This document shows positions 48,443 through 60,840 of a stretch of 64,000 bases of DNA, piece by piece. The stretch covers positions 54,684,001 to 54,748,000 of the forward strand of contig CM126206.1 of assembly GCA_052327205.1 (NCBI GenBank), read 5' to 3'. Under the pieces are notes generated by a model. It saw only the letters and a list, made by a program, of their open reading frames with translations. It had not been told where the DNA came from and made no database searches. The position numbers were made by a program, and so were the translations under genes. This DNA is from Somniosus microcephalus. Its lineage: Eukaryota. Every line of letters starts with the position of its first letter. The first letter of the stretch is position 1.

Positions 48443-49084
48443 TATATATCTATATATATAAAGCGGCTCTTCTGTCTGTCTGTCCCGATGTCTGTCTGTT
48501 CTCTATACGTTTGAAAGTTATAGAGCGTACCGAAGCGCGCGTCGCGTCAAAAGAAAGCTTGCGATTACGGACCGGTCATAGGTGTATTTACGTTTCGGCC
48601 GGACAAAAATCGTGCCCGCGTTATCCAAAAAACGTTCAACATGCCGCTCATTAGCATCTCATTAGCGACAGGTCGACCAATCGTACGGCGGGTTCCTGGC
48701 GCGTGCCATCCTACAGTTGAGTGACTTGACGATTGACCAATCCTACACTTCGGTGACCTGACGGTCGACCAATCGGTGCGTGCGTGGGCGGGCCTTATCG
48801 TTCTGAACCGAGGTGAGTGGCCGCCATCTTGATTTTTCACGATTTTTTCCCCCCACACTTTCTGTGTGTTAGGGAACTAAGGTAAACTAAGGTAAATATT
48901 TGAATTATGTGTTAGGGAATTAAATAACAATTTATTTGAGTTTTAAATTGTGTTTAGCAACAGTAGGAAATTAAGTGATCCCCTAACCGCCGCCACCCCG
49001 CCCCCCCCTCCTCCTCACCCTCGCGCAGGGGGGACTCGGGGCTGCTCTCCAGGCCCGCTGCAGGCAGGCCTGGAGCTCAAAAAA

Positions 49085-49420
49085 TTTCTCTCTCTCTCCT
49101 TCTCCTCTTCCCTCTCTCTCTCCCCTCCTCCCCCGCTCGCTCTCCCCTCCTCCCCCGCTCGCTCTCCCCTCCTCCCCCGCTCTCTCTCCCCTCCTCCCCC
49201 GCTCTCTCTCCCCTCCTCCCCCGCTCTCTCTCCCCTCCTCCCCCGCTCTCTCTCCCCTCCTCCCCCGCTCTCTCTCCCCTCCTCCCCCGCTCTCTCTCCC
49301 CTCCTCCCCCGCTCTCTCTCCCCTTCTCCCCCGCTCTCTCTCCCCCCTTCCCGCTCTCTCTCCTCTCCCCGCTCTCTCTCCTCTCCCCGCTCTCTCCTCT
49401 TCCCGCTCTCTCTCTCTCCC
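49085..49420. repeat. CT-rich minisatellite (CCCCGCTCTCTCTCCCCTCCT-like)
   Basis: About 21-bp pyrimidine unit repeated directly. Confidence 0.9.
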
Positions 49421-49706
49421 CGTGAGTGCGGGACCGGAAAAACCGGCGGTTTTTAAAATCAACAAATTTCTCTCTCTCTCTCTCAGGTGAGGGAGGTTTG
49501 ACGGTGTCGGGGCCCGGGCTCCTCCACCGGGCGGGGAGGTTTGACGGGGCCGGAGCGCGGGCGGGCCGCCCGAAGTTTCCCGCTCGAGCACGGCCGCCGG
49601 GTTTCCCTGCCTGCTCCCCGCGGGCCGCCTCGCGCCTCTGGCACTGACCGCGCCCGCGCCGCCCGCCCGCAAGAGCCCGCTCTCCCGCCGGCCGCCGCTC
49701 AGCTCA

Positions 49707-50035
49707 AGGGGGGAGTGTGAGGGAGGGCTGGGGGGGAGTGTGGAGTGTGGGGGGGGGGGGGGGGGGGAGTGTGAGGGAGAGGAGGGGGGGGAAGTGAGAG
49801 GGAGGGGGGGTGGAGTGTGAGGGTGAGTGTGGGGGGGGGGGAAGTGTGAGGGGGGGTGTGAGGGAGGGGGGGGAAGTGTGAGGGAGGGGGGGGAAGTGTG
49901 AGGGAGGGGGGGGGGGAGAGTGTGAGGGAGAGGCGGGAGGGGAGTGTGGGGGGGGGAGAGAAGAGAGTGTTGGGGGGGGGTGGGGAGGAGTGTGAGGGAG
50001 GGGGGGGGAAAGTGAGGGGGAGAGGGGGGAGGGAG
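49707..50035 (+). repeat. G-run low-complexity array (GnAGTGTGAGGGA)
   Basis: Many long G tracts separated by AGTGTGA. Confidence 0.9.
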
Positions 50036-50039
50036 TTCT

Positions 50040-50930
50040 CGTCCCCCCCCAGTCGCTCTCTCTCCCCCCCCCAGTCGCTCTCTCTCCCCCCAAGTCGCTC
50101 TCTCGCTCTCTCTCTCCCCCCCCAGTCGCTCTCTCTCTTCCCCCCCAGTCGCTCTCTCTCTTCCCCCCCCCAGTCGCTCTCTCTCTCCCCCCCCCCAGTC
50201 GCTCTCTCTCTTCCCCCCCCCAGTCGCTCTCTCTCTTCCCCCCCGTCGCTCTCTCTTCCCCCCCCAGTCGCTCTCTCTTCCCCCCCCAGTCGCTCTCTCT
50301 TCCCCCCCCAGTCGCTCTCTCTTCCCCCCCCAGTCGCTCTCTCTTCCCCCCCCAGTCGCTCTCTCTCTTCCCCCCCAGTCGCTCTCTCTCTTCCCCCCCC
50401 AGTCGCTCTCTCTCTTCCCCCCCAGTCGCTCTCTCTCTTCCCCCCCCAGTCGCTCTCTCTCTTCCCCCCCAGTCGCTCTCTCGCTTCCCCCCCCGTCGCT
50501 CTCTCTTCCCCCCCCGTCGCTCTCTCTCTTCCCCCCCCGTCGCTCTCTCTCTTCCCCCCCAGTCGCTCTCTCTCTTCCCCCCCAGTCGCTCTCTCTCTTC
50601 CCCCCCAGTCGCTCTCTCTCTTCCCCCCCAGTCGCTCTCTCTCTTCCCCCCCAGTCGCTCTCTCTCTTCCCCCCCAGTCGCTCTCTCTCTTCCCCCCCAG
50701 TCGCTCTCTCTCTTTCCCCCCCCCAGTCGCTCTCCTCTCTTCCCCCCCAGTCGCTCTCTCTCTTCCCCCCCAGTCGCTCTCTCTCTTCCCCCCCCGTCGC
50801 TCTCTCTCTTCCCCCCCCAGTCGCTCTCTCTCTTCCCCCCCAGTCGCTCTCTCTCTTCCCCCCCGTCGCTCTCTCTCTTCCCCCCCCCCAGTCGCTCTCT
50901 CTCTTTCCCCCCCCCAGTCGCTCTCTCTCT
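50040..50930. repeat. Minisatellite (CCCCCCAGTCGCTCTCTCTCTT)n, about 22-bp unit
   Basis: Roughly 40 variable units. Confidence 0.95.
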
Positions 50931-51108
50931 TAATTCATTAAATATATTCAAGAAGGAGTTAGATATATTTCTTAAGGCTAAAGGGATCAAGGGATATGGG
51001 GAGAAGGCAGTGACAGGGTACTGAGTTTGGATGATCAGCCATGATCTCATTAAATGGCGGAGCAGGCTCGAGGGGCCGAATGGCCTACTCCTATCTTCTG
51101 TTTCTATG
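50931..51108 (+). mobile_element. CR1 3' tail fragment
   Basis: Nearly identical to 42399-42580. Confidence 0.92.
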
Positions 51109-51692
51109 ACCTCTGGAGGAGGCTGCATGAGATTGTCTACTTAGCACTTTTGGGTGTTAATATTTCAGCTTCATCTCTTGCACTAATTGCTGACCTCCAC
51201 CATAATTGCCTCATTGTCCGTCACTATTCTCAACTGGGTGTGGCATGGTTACAGAGCTTTACTGGGAAAGAAGACAGCCAAAAAAAATTCATTGCCACCA
51301 CTCCCGGCCAAACTGTATCCTTACAGTTAAATAACACTACGTTATGAATTTGATTTCTACAGTAGGGATGTAATGTAGCTGTTGCATACACAGCACAGCT
51401 GGCACAAAAAAGTTTTTTTTTTGCAACAATTTTCAACAACTTTATACTAACAGGCAGAAAAGCTATTTGAACAGTTTATGAATACAAATGACATATATCT
51501 CTCAGAATTACCTCAGACAGTATCTAAAACACTTTAATCAATGACCTTCCCTCCATCGTAAGGTCACTGATGATTACACCGTGTTCATCACCATTTGCAA
51601 TTCCTTAAATAATGAAGCAGTCCATGCCTGCATGCAGCAAGACGTAGACAACATCCAGGCTTGGACTGATAACAACAATAACTTGTATTTAT

Positions 51693-52075
51693 ATTGAAAC
51701 ATACAAGATTCTGAAAGGGACTGACAGGGTAGATGCTGAGAGATTGTTTCCCCTGGTTGGAGTGTCTAGAACTAGGGGACATAATCTCAGAATAAGGGGT
51801 AGGCCATTTAAGACCGAGATGAGGAGGAATTTTTTCACTCAGAAGGCTGTGAATCTTTGGAATTCTCTACCCCAGAGGGCTGTGCATGCTAAGAGTATAT
51901 TCAAGGCTGAGATAGATAGATTTTTGGATATTAATGGAATCAAAGGATATGGAGATCGGACGGGAAAGTGGAGTTGAGGTTGATGATCAGCCATGATCTT
52001 ATTGAATGACGGAGCAAGCTCGAGGGGCCTTATGGCCTACTCCTGCTCTTATTTCTTATATTTTTATGTTCTTAT
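51693..52075 (+). mobile_element. CR1 3' fragment
   Basis: ORF 51744-51977 and the canonical 3' tail. Confidence 0.9.
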
Positions 52076-52732
52076 AGCGGCTTTAACATAGTAAAACATC
52101 CCAAGGCAATTCACAGGAGCGTTATCAAACAAAATTTGACACCGAGCCACATAAGGAGCTATTTGAACAGGTGACCAAAAGATTGGTCAAAGAGGGAGGT
52201 TTTAAGGAGATTAAAAAGGAGGACAAAGAGGCGGAGAGGTTTAGGGAAGGAATTCCATAGTTTAGGGCCTAGGCAGCTGAAGACACAGCCACCAATGATG
52301 GAGCTTTGAAAAACTGGGATGCGCAAGAGGCCAGAATTGGAGAAGCGCAGAAATCTCGGAGGGTTATAGGCAACATTCCCTCCAAGCTGCCCGGCCGCGC
52401 AGCGATCGAGAGATCCCGCGCAGGCCGCTCACCAGCAAAAACGTTGGAAAAGATACTGTGCACCTAAAATAAAAATTAGAGGGAACATTGGTTGTAGGGC
52501 TGGAGGAGGTTACAGAAATAGGGAGGGACGTGGGCATATAGGGATTTGAAAACAAGCATGAGAATTTTTAAATGGGGGCATTGCCGGACTGGGAGCCAAG
52601 AAAGGTCAGTGAGCACAGGGGTGATGGGTGAACGGGACGGTGCGAGTTAGGATACGGGCAGCAGAGACTTGGATGAGCTCAAGCTTACGGAGTGTGAAAG
52701 GTGGGAGGCCAGCTAGGAAATCTTTGGAATAA
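52076..52732 (-). mobile_element. L2 LINE 3' fragment
   Basis: Matches the 9865 and 22025 copies; KLELIQ.SAARILTRT motif. Confidence 0.82.
52371..52490. mobile_element. 120-bp hAT-type MITE inside L2
   Basis: Imperfect TIRs CAACATTCCCTCCAA / TTAGAGGGAACATTG; 8-bp TSD GTTATAGG/GTTGTAGG. Confidence 0.8.
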
Positions 52733-52737
52733 TTAGG

Positions 52738-53887
52738 ACATAGAAGATAGGAGCAGGAGTAGGCCATTCGGCCCCTCGAGCCTGCTCCGCCATTCAATGA
52801 GATCATGGCTGATCGTCCAAATTCCGTACCCTGTTCCTACCTTCTCTCCAAATCCCTTGATCCCCCGAGCCTTAAGAAATATATCCAACTCCTTCTTGAA
52901 TATATTTAATGAATTGGCCTCTACTGCCTTCTTTGGTAGAGAATTCCACAGGTTCACCACTCTCTGGGTGAAGAAATTCCTCCTCATCTCTGTCCTAAAT
53001 GGCTTACCCCTTATCCTTAGACTGTGACCCCTGGTTCTGGACTCCCCGACCATCGGGAACATCCTTCCAGCATCTAGTCTGTCTAGTCCTGTTAGAATTT
53101 CATAAGTTTCGATGAGATCCCCTCTCATTCTTCTAAACTCCAGCAAGTACAAGCCCAATCGACCCAATCTCTCCTCATACGTCATTCCTGCCATCCCAGG
53201 TATCAGCCTGGTGAATCTTCGTTGCACTTCTTCCATGGCAAGAACATCCTTCCTCAGATAAGGCGACCAAAACTGCACACAATACTCCAGATGTGGTCTC
53301 ACCAAGGCCCTGTACAACTGCAGCAAGACATCCTTGTTCCTGTACTCAAACCCTCTCGCTACGAAGGCCAACCTACCTTTTGCCTTCTTAAGCGCCTTCT
53401 GCACCTGCATGCTTACTTTCAGCGACTGGTGCACAAGGACGCCCAGGTCTCGTTGCACTTCACTTTCTCCCAATCTATTGCCATTCAGATAATAATCTGC
53501 CTTCCTGTTTTTGACACCAAAGTGGATAACCTCGCATTTATCCACGTTATATTGCATTTGCCATGCTTCTGCCCAATCACCCGACTTGTCCAAATCATAC
53601 TGGAGTTTCTCGGTATCCTCCTCACAGCACACACGCCCACCCAGCTTTGTGTCGTCTGCAAACTTGGAGATATTACATCTAGTTCCCTCGTCCAGATCAT
53701 TAATATATATTGTGAATAGCTGGGGTCCAAGAACCGATCCCTGCGGTACCCAACTAGTCACTGCCTGCCACTCGGAAAAAGAGCCGTTTATTCCAACTCT
53801 TTGCTTTCTGTCTGCCAACCAGTTCTCTATCCAAGTCAATACCTTGCCCCCAATCCCATGTGCCTTAATTTTACACGCTAATCTCTC
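52738..53887 (-). mobile_element. 5'-truncated CR1 with uninterrupted RT C-terminal ORF
   Basis: ORF 52733-53926 (PQGSVLGP, KFADD); same subfamily as 41421-42583 but inverted. Confidence 0.95.
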
Positions 53888-53899
53888 ATCTCTTAATGG

Positions 53900-54630
53900 A
53901 TAAGTAGGAAGTAACATCCTCACCACACAAGTGCTGTGTGATGGCTATCTCGAACAAGAGTCCACCTAACCACTTCCCCATGACATTCAATGGCATTATC
54001 ACCAATATCTTAGAGGTCACCATTGACCAGCCACATAAATGCCATGGCGACTAGAACAGGTCAGAGATTCTGCTGCAAGTGGCTCACCTCCTGACTTCCC
54101 AAAGTCTCTCCACCAGCTACAAGGCACAAGTCAGGAATGTGACTAAATACTCTCCACTTGCCTGGATGGATGCAGCTGCAACAACACAAAAGAAGCTTGA
54201 TACCATCCAGAATAAAGCAGTCCGCTTATTCGGCACCTCATCCACTAGTCCACCACCGGCGTACCGTAGCTGCAGTGTGTACCATACAGGATGCATCGCA
54301 GCAACTTGCCAAGGCTTCTTTGGCAGCACCTCCCAAACCAACCACCTCTACCATCTAGACAGACAAGGGCAGCAGGTGCAATGGGAATACCATCACCTCG
54401 TAGTTACACTCCAAGTCGCACCCCATCCTGACTTGGACATAGAATGTTGCTCCTTCTTACTTACTGGGTCAGAATCCTAAACTTCTTGCGTAACAGCATT
54501 GAGCATGGTGGAAGCACTTTCTCCACATAGACTGCAACAGTTCAAGAAGGTGGTCCACCGCCACCTTCTCAAAGGCAAATAGGGATGAGTAACAAATGCC
54601 AGCTTTGCCAGCAATGCCCACATTCCAAAA
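53900..54630 (+). mobile_element. Old CR1/L2-group LINE 3' fragment
   Basis: YKAQVR...YSPLAW...KLDTIQNKA motif; family 3' end. Confidence 0.8.
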
Positions 54631-55314
54631 GATAATTTTTTTTAAACCAACTTAAAACAGAACAGACTGTGTATACAAAATCTGCACTACACCCTTAATG
54701 TAGAAATAAAATTCATACGGTAATCCTCTTAACCATTTAAATAATCCATAGGCTATTCTTGCAAATTAATTACAATTTACATGTAACCTTTCAGTATTAC
54801 TCAAATACTCGCAAGTTAAGTTCAGCAGGATTCATTTTACAGTGACCAGTCATAATTTTATATTCTCACAAAACAAAGATTCATTATCTTTCCATTCTAG
54901 AATTCATTCAAAAAACATCACATCAGTTGTAGCTTCACACCTCATGTAACGCAGATGAATTTCCTCTCGTCCTAGTCTAGTCATGAAGCACTGCAGGACT
55001 GACTGTTGAGAATCTCCAATATGGTTCAAATGATCAATTGTTAAGCATCACCACTGTACACTGGAAGTTATTGTGAGGTCACCCAAAACATTCTTAACTC
55101 ACATGTACAGCTCACCACATTACCCCTTTTAGCAAGATGCAAGACATAATTTTCTCTTCCTCTAACGTACCATCATTTTAAACCAAAACTAAATACAGTA
55201 TAGTCTATTTTATTCTTCTGCATAGTTCATTTTTTATGCTAGAGTTTGACTTGTACTTTTTGGCAGTATTTCCTTACATAAAGCAATTCTAAGCAAAGAT
55301 GGTTCAATTTTTTT

Positions 55315-58300
55315 TATTGTCATGGGATGTAGGCATTACTGGCAAAGCCAGCAATTGTTGCCCATCCCTAATTGCCCTCGAGAAGGTGGTGGTAAGCCGC
55401 CTTCTTGAACCGCTGCAATCCGTGTGGTGAAGGCTCTCCCACAGTGCTGTTAGGTAGAGGGTTCCAGGATTTTGACCCAGCGACGAAGGAACAGTGATAT
55501 ATTTTCAAATCAGGATGGTGTGTGAGATGGAGGAGAACTGGCAGGTGGCGCTGTTCCCATGCACCTGCTGCCCTTGTCCTTCTACGTGGTATAGAGGTCA
55601 CAGGTTTGGGAGGTGCGGTTCAAAAAGCCTTGGAGAGTTGCTGCAGTGCATCTTGCAGATGGTACACACTGCAGCCACGGTGGTGGAGGGAGTGAACATT
55701 TAAGGTGGTGGATGGGGTGCAAATCAAGTGGGCTGCTTTGTCCTGGATGGTGTCGAGCTTCTTGAGCGTTGTTGCAGCTGCACTTATCCAGGCGAGTGGA
55801 GTATTCCATCACACTCCTGACTTATGCCTTGTAGATGGTGGAAAGTCTTTGGGGAGTCAGGAGGTGAGTCACTCGCCGCAGAACACCCAGCCTCTGACCT
55901 ACTCTTGCAGCCACAGTATGTGTGTGGCTGGTCCAGTTAACTTTCTGGTCAATGGTGACCCCCCCAGGATGTTGATGGTTGGGTATTCAATGATGGTAAT
56001 GCAGTTGAATGTCATGGGGAAGTGAAGTGGTTAGACTCTCTTTTGTTGGAGATGGTCATTGCCTGGCACTTAAGTGGCAAGAAACATTTGCGCCACACAT
56101 CAGCCCAAGCCTGAATGTTGTCCAGGTCCTGCTGCATGTGGGCACAGACTGCTTCATTATCTGAGGAGTTGCGAATGGAACTGAACACTGCAGTCATCAG
56201 CGAACATCCCCATTTCTGACCTTATGATGGAGGGAAGGTCATTGATGAAGCAGCTGAAGATAGTTAGGGCTAGGGCACTTCCCTGAGGAACTCCTGCAGC
56301 GATGTCCTGGGGCTGAGATGATTGACCTCCAACAACCACAACCATCTTCCTTTGTGCTGGGTATGACTCCAGCCAGTGGAGACTTTTCCCCCGGATTCCT
56401 ACTGACTTCAATTTTACGAGGGCTCCTTGATGCCACACAAGGTCAAATGCTGCCTTGACGTCAAGGGCAGTCACTCTCACCTTACCTCTGGAATTCAGCT
56501 CTTTTGTCCATGTTTGGACCAAGCTATAATCAGGTCTGGAGCCAAGTGGTCCTGGCGGAACCCAAACTAAGCATCGGTGAGCAGATTATTGGCGAGTGCT
56601 TGATAGCATTGTTGATGACCCCATCCATCACTGTGCTTATGATTGAAAGTAGGCGGATGGGGCAGTAATTGGCTGGATTGCATTTGTTCTCCTTTTTGTA
56701 GTTAGGACATAACTGGGCAATCTTCCACTTTATCGGGTAGATGCCAGTGTTGTAGCTGGACTGGAACAGCTTGGCTAGAGGTGCAGCTAGGTCTGGAGCA
56801 CACGTTTTCAGCACTACATCCGGGAGTTTGTTGGGGCCCATAGCCTTTGTTGTATCCAGTACGCTCAGCTGTTTCTTGATATCAGATGGAGTGAATCGAA
56901 TTGGCCGACTACTGGCTTCAGTGATAGTGAGGACCGCGGGAGGAGGCAGGGATGGATCAGCCACTCATCATTGAGGGTGGGGATGCTCATGGAGTCACCA
57001 CCTCCCGTTACTAGTCTAATTTTCCACCACCATTCACGAGTGGAGCTTTGATCTGATCCGTTGGTTGTGGAATCACTTAGCTCTGTTTATAGCATGTGGC
57101 TTCCGCTGTTTAGCATGCACGTTGTTCTGTGTGGTAAATTCACGAGGTTGCCACCTCATTTTTAGGTACACCTGGTGCTGCTCCTGGTATGTTTTCTGCA
57201 CTCTTCATTGAACCAGGGTTGGTCCCCTGGCTTGATGGTAATGGTAGAGTGAGGAATATGCCAGGCCATGAGGTTACAGATTGTGGTGGAATACAATTTT
57301 GCTGCTGCTGAAGGCCCACAGCACTTCATAAAGGCAAAATTTTGAACTGCTAGATCTGTTCTGAATCTATCCCATTTAGCATGGTGGTAGTGCTACACAA
57401 CATGATGGAGAGTGTCCTCATGTGTGAAGGCTGGATTTCGTCTCCAGAAAGACTGTGCATTGGTCACTCCAACCAATGTCTGTTTGTCTTAGGCAGTCCC
57501 TCGGAACAGAGGATGACTTGCTTCCACATTAAAAATGAGTTCGCAGGTGACTGATGAGTCCAATGCGGGACCTACAGACTGTCACTGGTGGGGCAGATGG
57601 TGGTTGAAGGGGCAGGTGGGTGGGATGCTTGGGTTGACGTGCGCTCCTTGCACTTGGCTTTCGCTTGCTCCCAGCGAAGAGACTCGAGGTGTTCAGCGCC
57701 TTCCCGGATGCTTCTCCTCCACTTTGTGCAGTCTTGGGCCAGGGATCCCCAGGTGTCAGTGGGGATGTTACACTTTTTCAAGGAGGCTTTGAGAGTATCC
57801 TTGAAGCGTTTCCTCTGCCCACCTGGGGCTCTCTTGCCGTGCCGGAGCTCCGAGTAGAGCGCTAATTTTGGGAGCCTCATATCGGGCATGCAGACAATGT
57901 GACCCGTCCATCGGAGCTGATTTGAGCATGCTCAAAGATTCGATGCTGGGGATGTTGGCCTGAGCAAGAACACTGACGTTGGTGCGCCTATCCTGCCAAA
58001 GGATTTGCAGGATCTTGCGGAGGCAGCGTTGGTGGTACCTCTCCAGTACTTTGAGGTGCCTGCTGTTCATGGTCCATGTCTCGGAGGCATACAGCAGGGT
58101 GGGTATCACTGCTGCTCTGTAGACCATGAGCTTAGTGCCGGGTTTGAGGTCCTGGTCTTCAAACACTCTCTGCCTCAGGCGACCGAAGGCTGCACTGGCA
58201 CACTGAAGGCGGTGTTGGACTTCATCATCGACGTCTGCCCTTGTTGACAGTAGGCTCCCGAGGTTTGGAAAGTGGTCCACGTTGTCCGAGGCCTTGTCGT

Positions 58301-60840
58301 GGATTTTGATAAATTGGGGGCAGCACTGTATGGCGGGGGCAGGTTGGTAGAGGACCTTTGTCTTACGGATGTTTTGTGCAAGGCCTATGCTCTCGTACGC
58401 TTCGGCGAAGGTGTCAACGATGGTTTGGAGTTCGATCTCCGAGTGAGCGCAGACGCAAGCATCGTCTGCATACTGTAATTCGACGACAGAGGATGGGACG
58501 ACCTTGGATCTGGACTGGAGGCGACGGAGCTTGAACAGTTTCCCGTTTGTTCTGGAAACTAGCTCCACTCCAGTGGGGAGCTTATTGTGGGCGAGATGGA
58601 GCACTGCAACAAGGAAGATCGAGAAGAGCGTTGGTGCGATGACACAGCCTTGTTTGACCCCGGTTCGTGCGTGAATTGGGTCTGTAGTGGAACCGTTGGT
58701 CAGGATCACGGCTTGCATGTTGTTGTGAAGCAGGCGGAGGATGGTGACAAACTTTTGAGGGCAGCCGAATTTGAGGATGACACTCCATAATCCCTCACGG
58801 TTGACAGTGTTAAAGCCTTTGTGAGAGAGATCAAAGAAGGCCATGTACAGCGGTTGGTACTGTTCCCTGCATTTCTCTTGTAATTGACGTGCGGTGAAGA
58901 TCATGTCCATTGTGCCCTTAGTGGGCGGAATCCGCATTGCGACTCTGGGAGGAGCTCTTTGGCCACTGGGAGAAGGCAATTGAGGATTCTTGCGAAGACT
59001 TTCGCTGCGGCAGACAGCAGGGAAACTCCTCTGTAATTACTGCAGAGTTATCACCTTTCTTGAAGATGGTCACAATTACGGCGTCTCAGAGCCCCTGGCA
59101 CGCTCTCCTCCTTCCAGATAAGAGAAATGAGTTCATGAATTCGCGCTAGTACTTCTCCGCTATGCTTTAGTGCCTCGGCGGGAATTCCATCTGCTCTTGA
59201 AGCCTTGTTGTTCTTCAGTTGTCGGATGACCTTTTCAACCTCATGCCGGGCTGGGGTTGTGCTGAGATGGTGGCGGGTAGCATGCTGTAGGATGGAGTTA
59301 AGGACACTCGTGTCGAAGACAGAGTCACGGTTAAGGAGATCTTCAAAGTGCTCCTTCCAGCGGGCACTGACTGCCTCTCTGTCCTTGAGTACCTCTCCGT
59401 TCTTGGCCCGCAGTGGGGTAGGGCCTTGGGTGCTTGGGCCGTAGATGATCTTGACTGCGCTAAAGAATCCACGCACGTCGTGGTGGTCGGCTAGCTGCTG
59501 GATCTCCTGCGCCTTCTCCACCCACCATCTGTTCTTTAGGTCGCGAGTTTTTTGTTGGACCTCGGCCTTCAGGCTTCTGTAGAGCTGCTTTCTTGCTCTC
59601 GAGTTCTGTTGCTGTTTCCAGATCAGGAGTGCCTTGCGCTTGCGGCTTATTAGCTCCTGGATCTCCTGGTTGTTCTCGTCGACCAGTCTTGGTGTTTCCT
59701 GGTCGAGTGACTGAGCGTCTCTTCACAGGTGCTGATTATGCAGGCCTTGAGTGCAGACCAGGTGCTGTGGGCACTCTGTGTCTCTGCATCACTGGGAGTC
59801 GTCAGGTTGTTTGTGAGGCGCAGGCTGAATAGGGCTTTCTTAGCGGGGTGTTTGAGTGCTCCAGCGTTAATTTTCCTGCGGCATTGTTTCTGTTGCCGCC
59901 GCTGTTTTGGGGCTACATTGATGGAGATGACAGAGTGGATTAGGCGGTGGTCTGTCCAGCAGTCATCAGCTCCTGTCATGGCGCGGGTGATGCGGACGTT
60001 CTTGCGGTCCCTCGCTCGGATGATGACGTAGTCCAGCAGATGGCAGCACCCTCGCTCCAAGCACTGGCATGAAGCCTTGTACTTGTCGCTCTGACAGAAC
60101 AAGGTGTTGGTTAGGACAAGGCCATGTTCTAAGCATTTTGACAGGAGGAGGGTACCGTTGGAGTTGGCTTTCCCTACCCCCTCTCTGCCGATCACACATC
60201 CCCAGAAGTCTGTGTCCTTTCCAACTCTGGCGTTAAGTCGCCAAGGAGGATCAGCTTGTCGCCCGTTGGGACTTGGGACAGTCAATACAATCATGGACAG
60301 ATACATCTGCAACAGATAGACTGGGGAGGACAAGGTCAAGTAGATTTTTCCCTCATGTTGGTTCTCTCACCACCGGTCACCAGCCCAATCTGGCAGCTGT
60401 GTCCTTCATGACTCAGCCAGCTCGGTCATAGTGGTGCTACCGAGCCACTCTTGGTGATGGACTTTGAAGTCCCCCACATTCTGTGCCCTTGCTGCCCTTA
60501 TTGCTTCTTCCAAGTGGTGTTTAACATGGAGGAGTACGGATTCATCAGCTGAGGGAGGGCAGTAGGTGATAATCAGCAGGAGGTTTCCTTGTCCATATCT
60601 GACCTGATGCCATGAGACTGTGTGGTCCAGAGTCAACGCTGAGGACTCTCAGGGCCACTCCCTCCCGACTGTATACCACTGTGCCGTCACCTCTGGTGGG
60701 TCTGTCCAGCCGGTGGTGATGGAGGCGTCTTGGACATTGGCTGAAAGGTATGATTCAATGAGTATGACTACGTTAAGCTGTTGCTTGACTAGTCTGTGGG
60801 ACAGCTCTCCCAATTTTGGCACAAGTCCCCAGTTGTTAGT
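55315..60840 (-). mobile_element. CR1/L2-group LINE ORF2 (EN+RT, degenerate), split by RTE
   Basis: EN pieces 60406-60636 (TY.PP, GDF); RT ALDVKAAFDLVWH, GVPQGS, MFADD; host resumes on both sides of 57478-60280. Confidence 0.88.
57478..60280 (-). mobile_element. RTE-clade (BovB-like) LINE, 5'-truncated
   Basis: ORFs with DMIFTARQLQEKCREQ, GVKQGCVIAPTLF, YADD, RLPK.ALYSEL, GGQRKRFKDTLK; 3' end GGAAGCAAGTCATCCTC..GAGGGACTGCCTAAGA plus short-repeat tail. Confidence 0.94.

Larger units (their letters stand above)
48449..50930 (+). mobile_element. Helitron-like element, copy 2 (3' end not found)
   Basis: A|TCTATATATATAAAG 5' end; first ~420 bp align with copy 1; runs into low-complexity arrays and is cut by a CR1 tail at 50931. 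Confidence 0.65.

Noticed and set aside
47520-49700. CpG island as the main CREM promoter
   Set aside because: Lies in the intron before the KID C-terminal exon, is duplicated with Helitron-like ends, and its donor points the opposite way.
50040-50930. Regular repeat array as CRISPR-like
   Set aside because: No unique spacers, eukaryotic context, no cas genes.
49704-51128. Long ORFs of 474, 347 and 229 aa around 48950-51128
   Set aside because: Products of stop-free minisatellites fused to a CR1 tail; no domain content.
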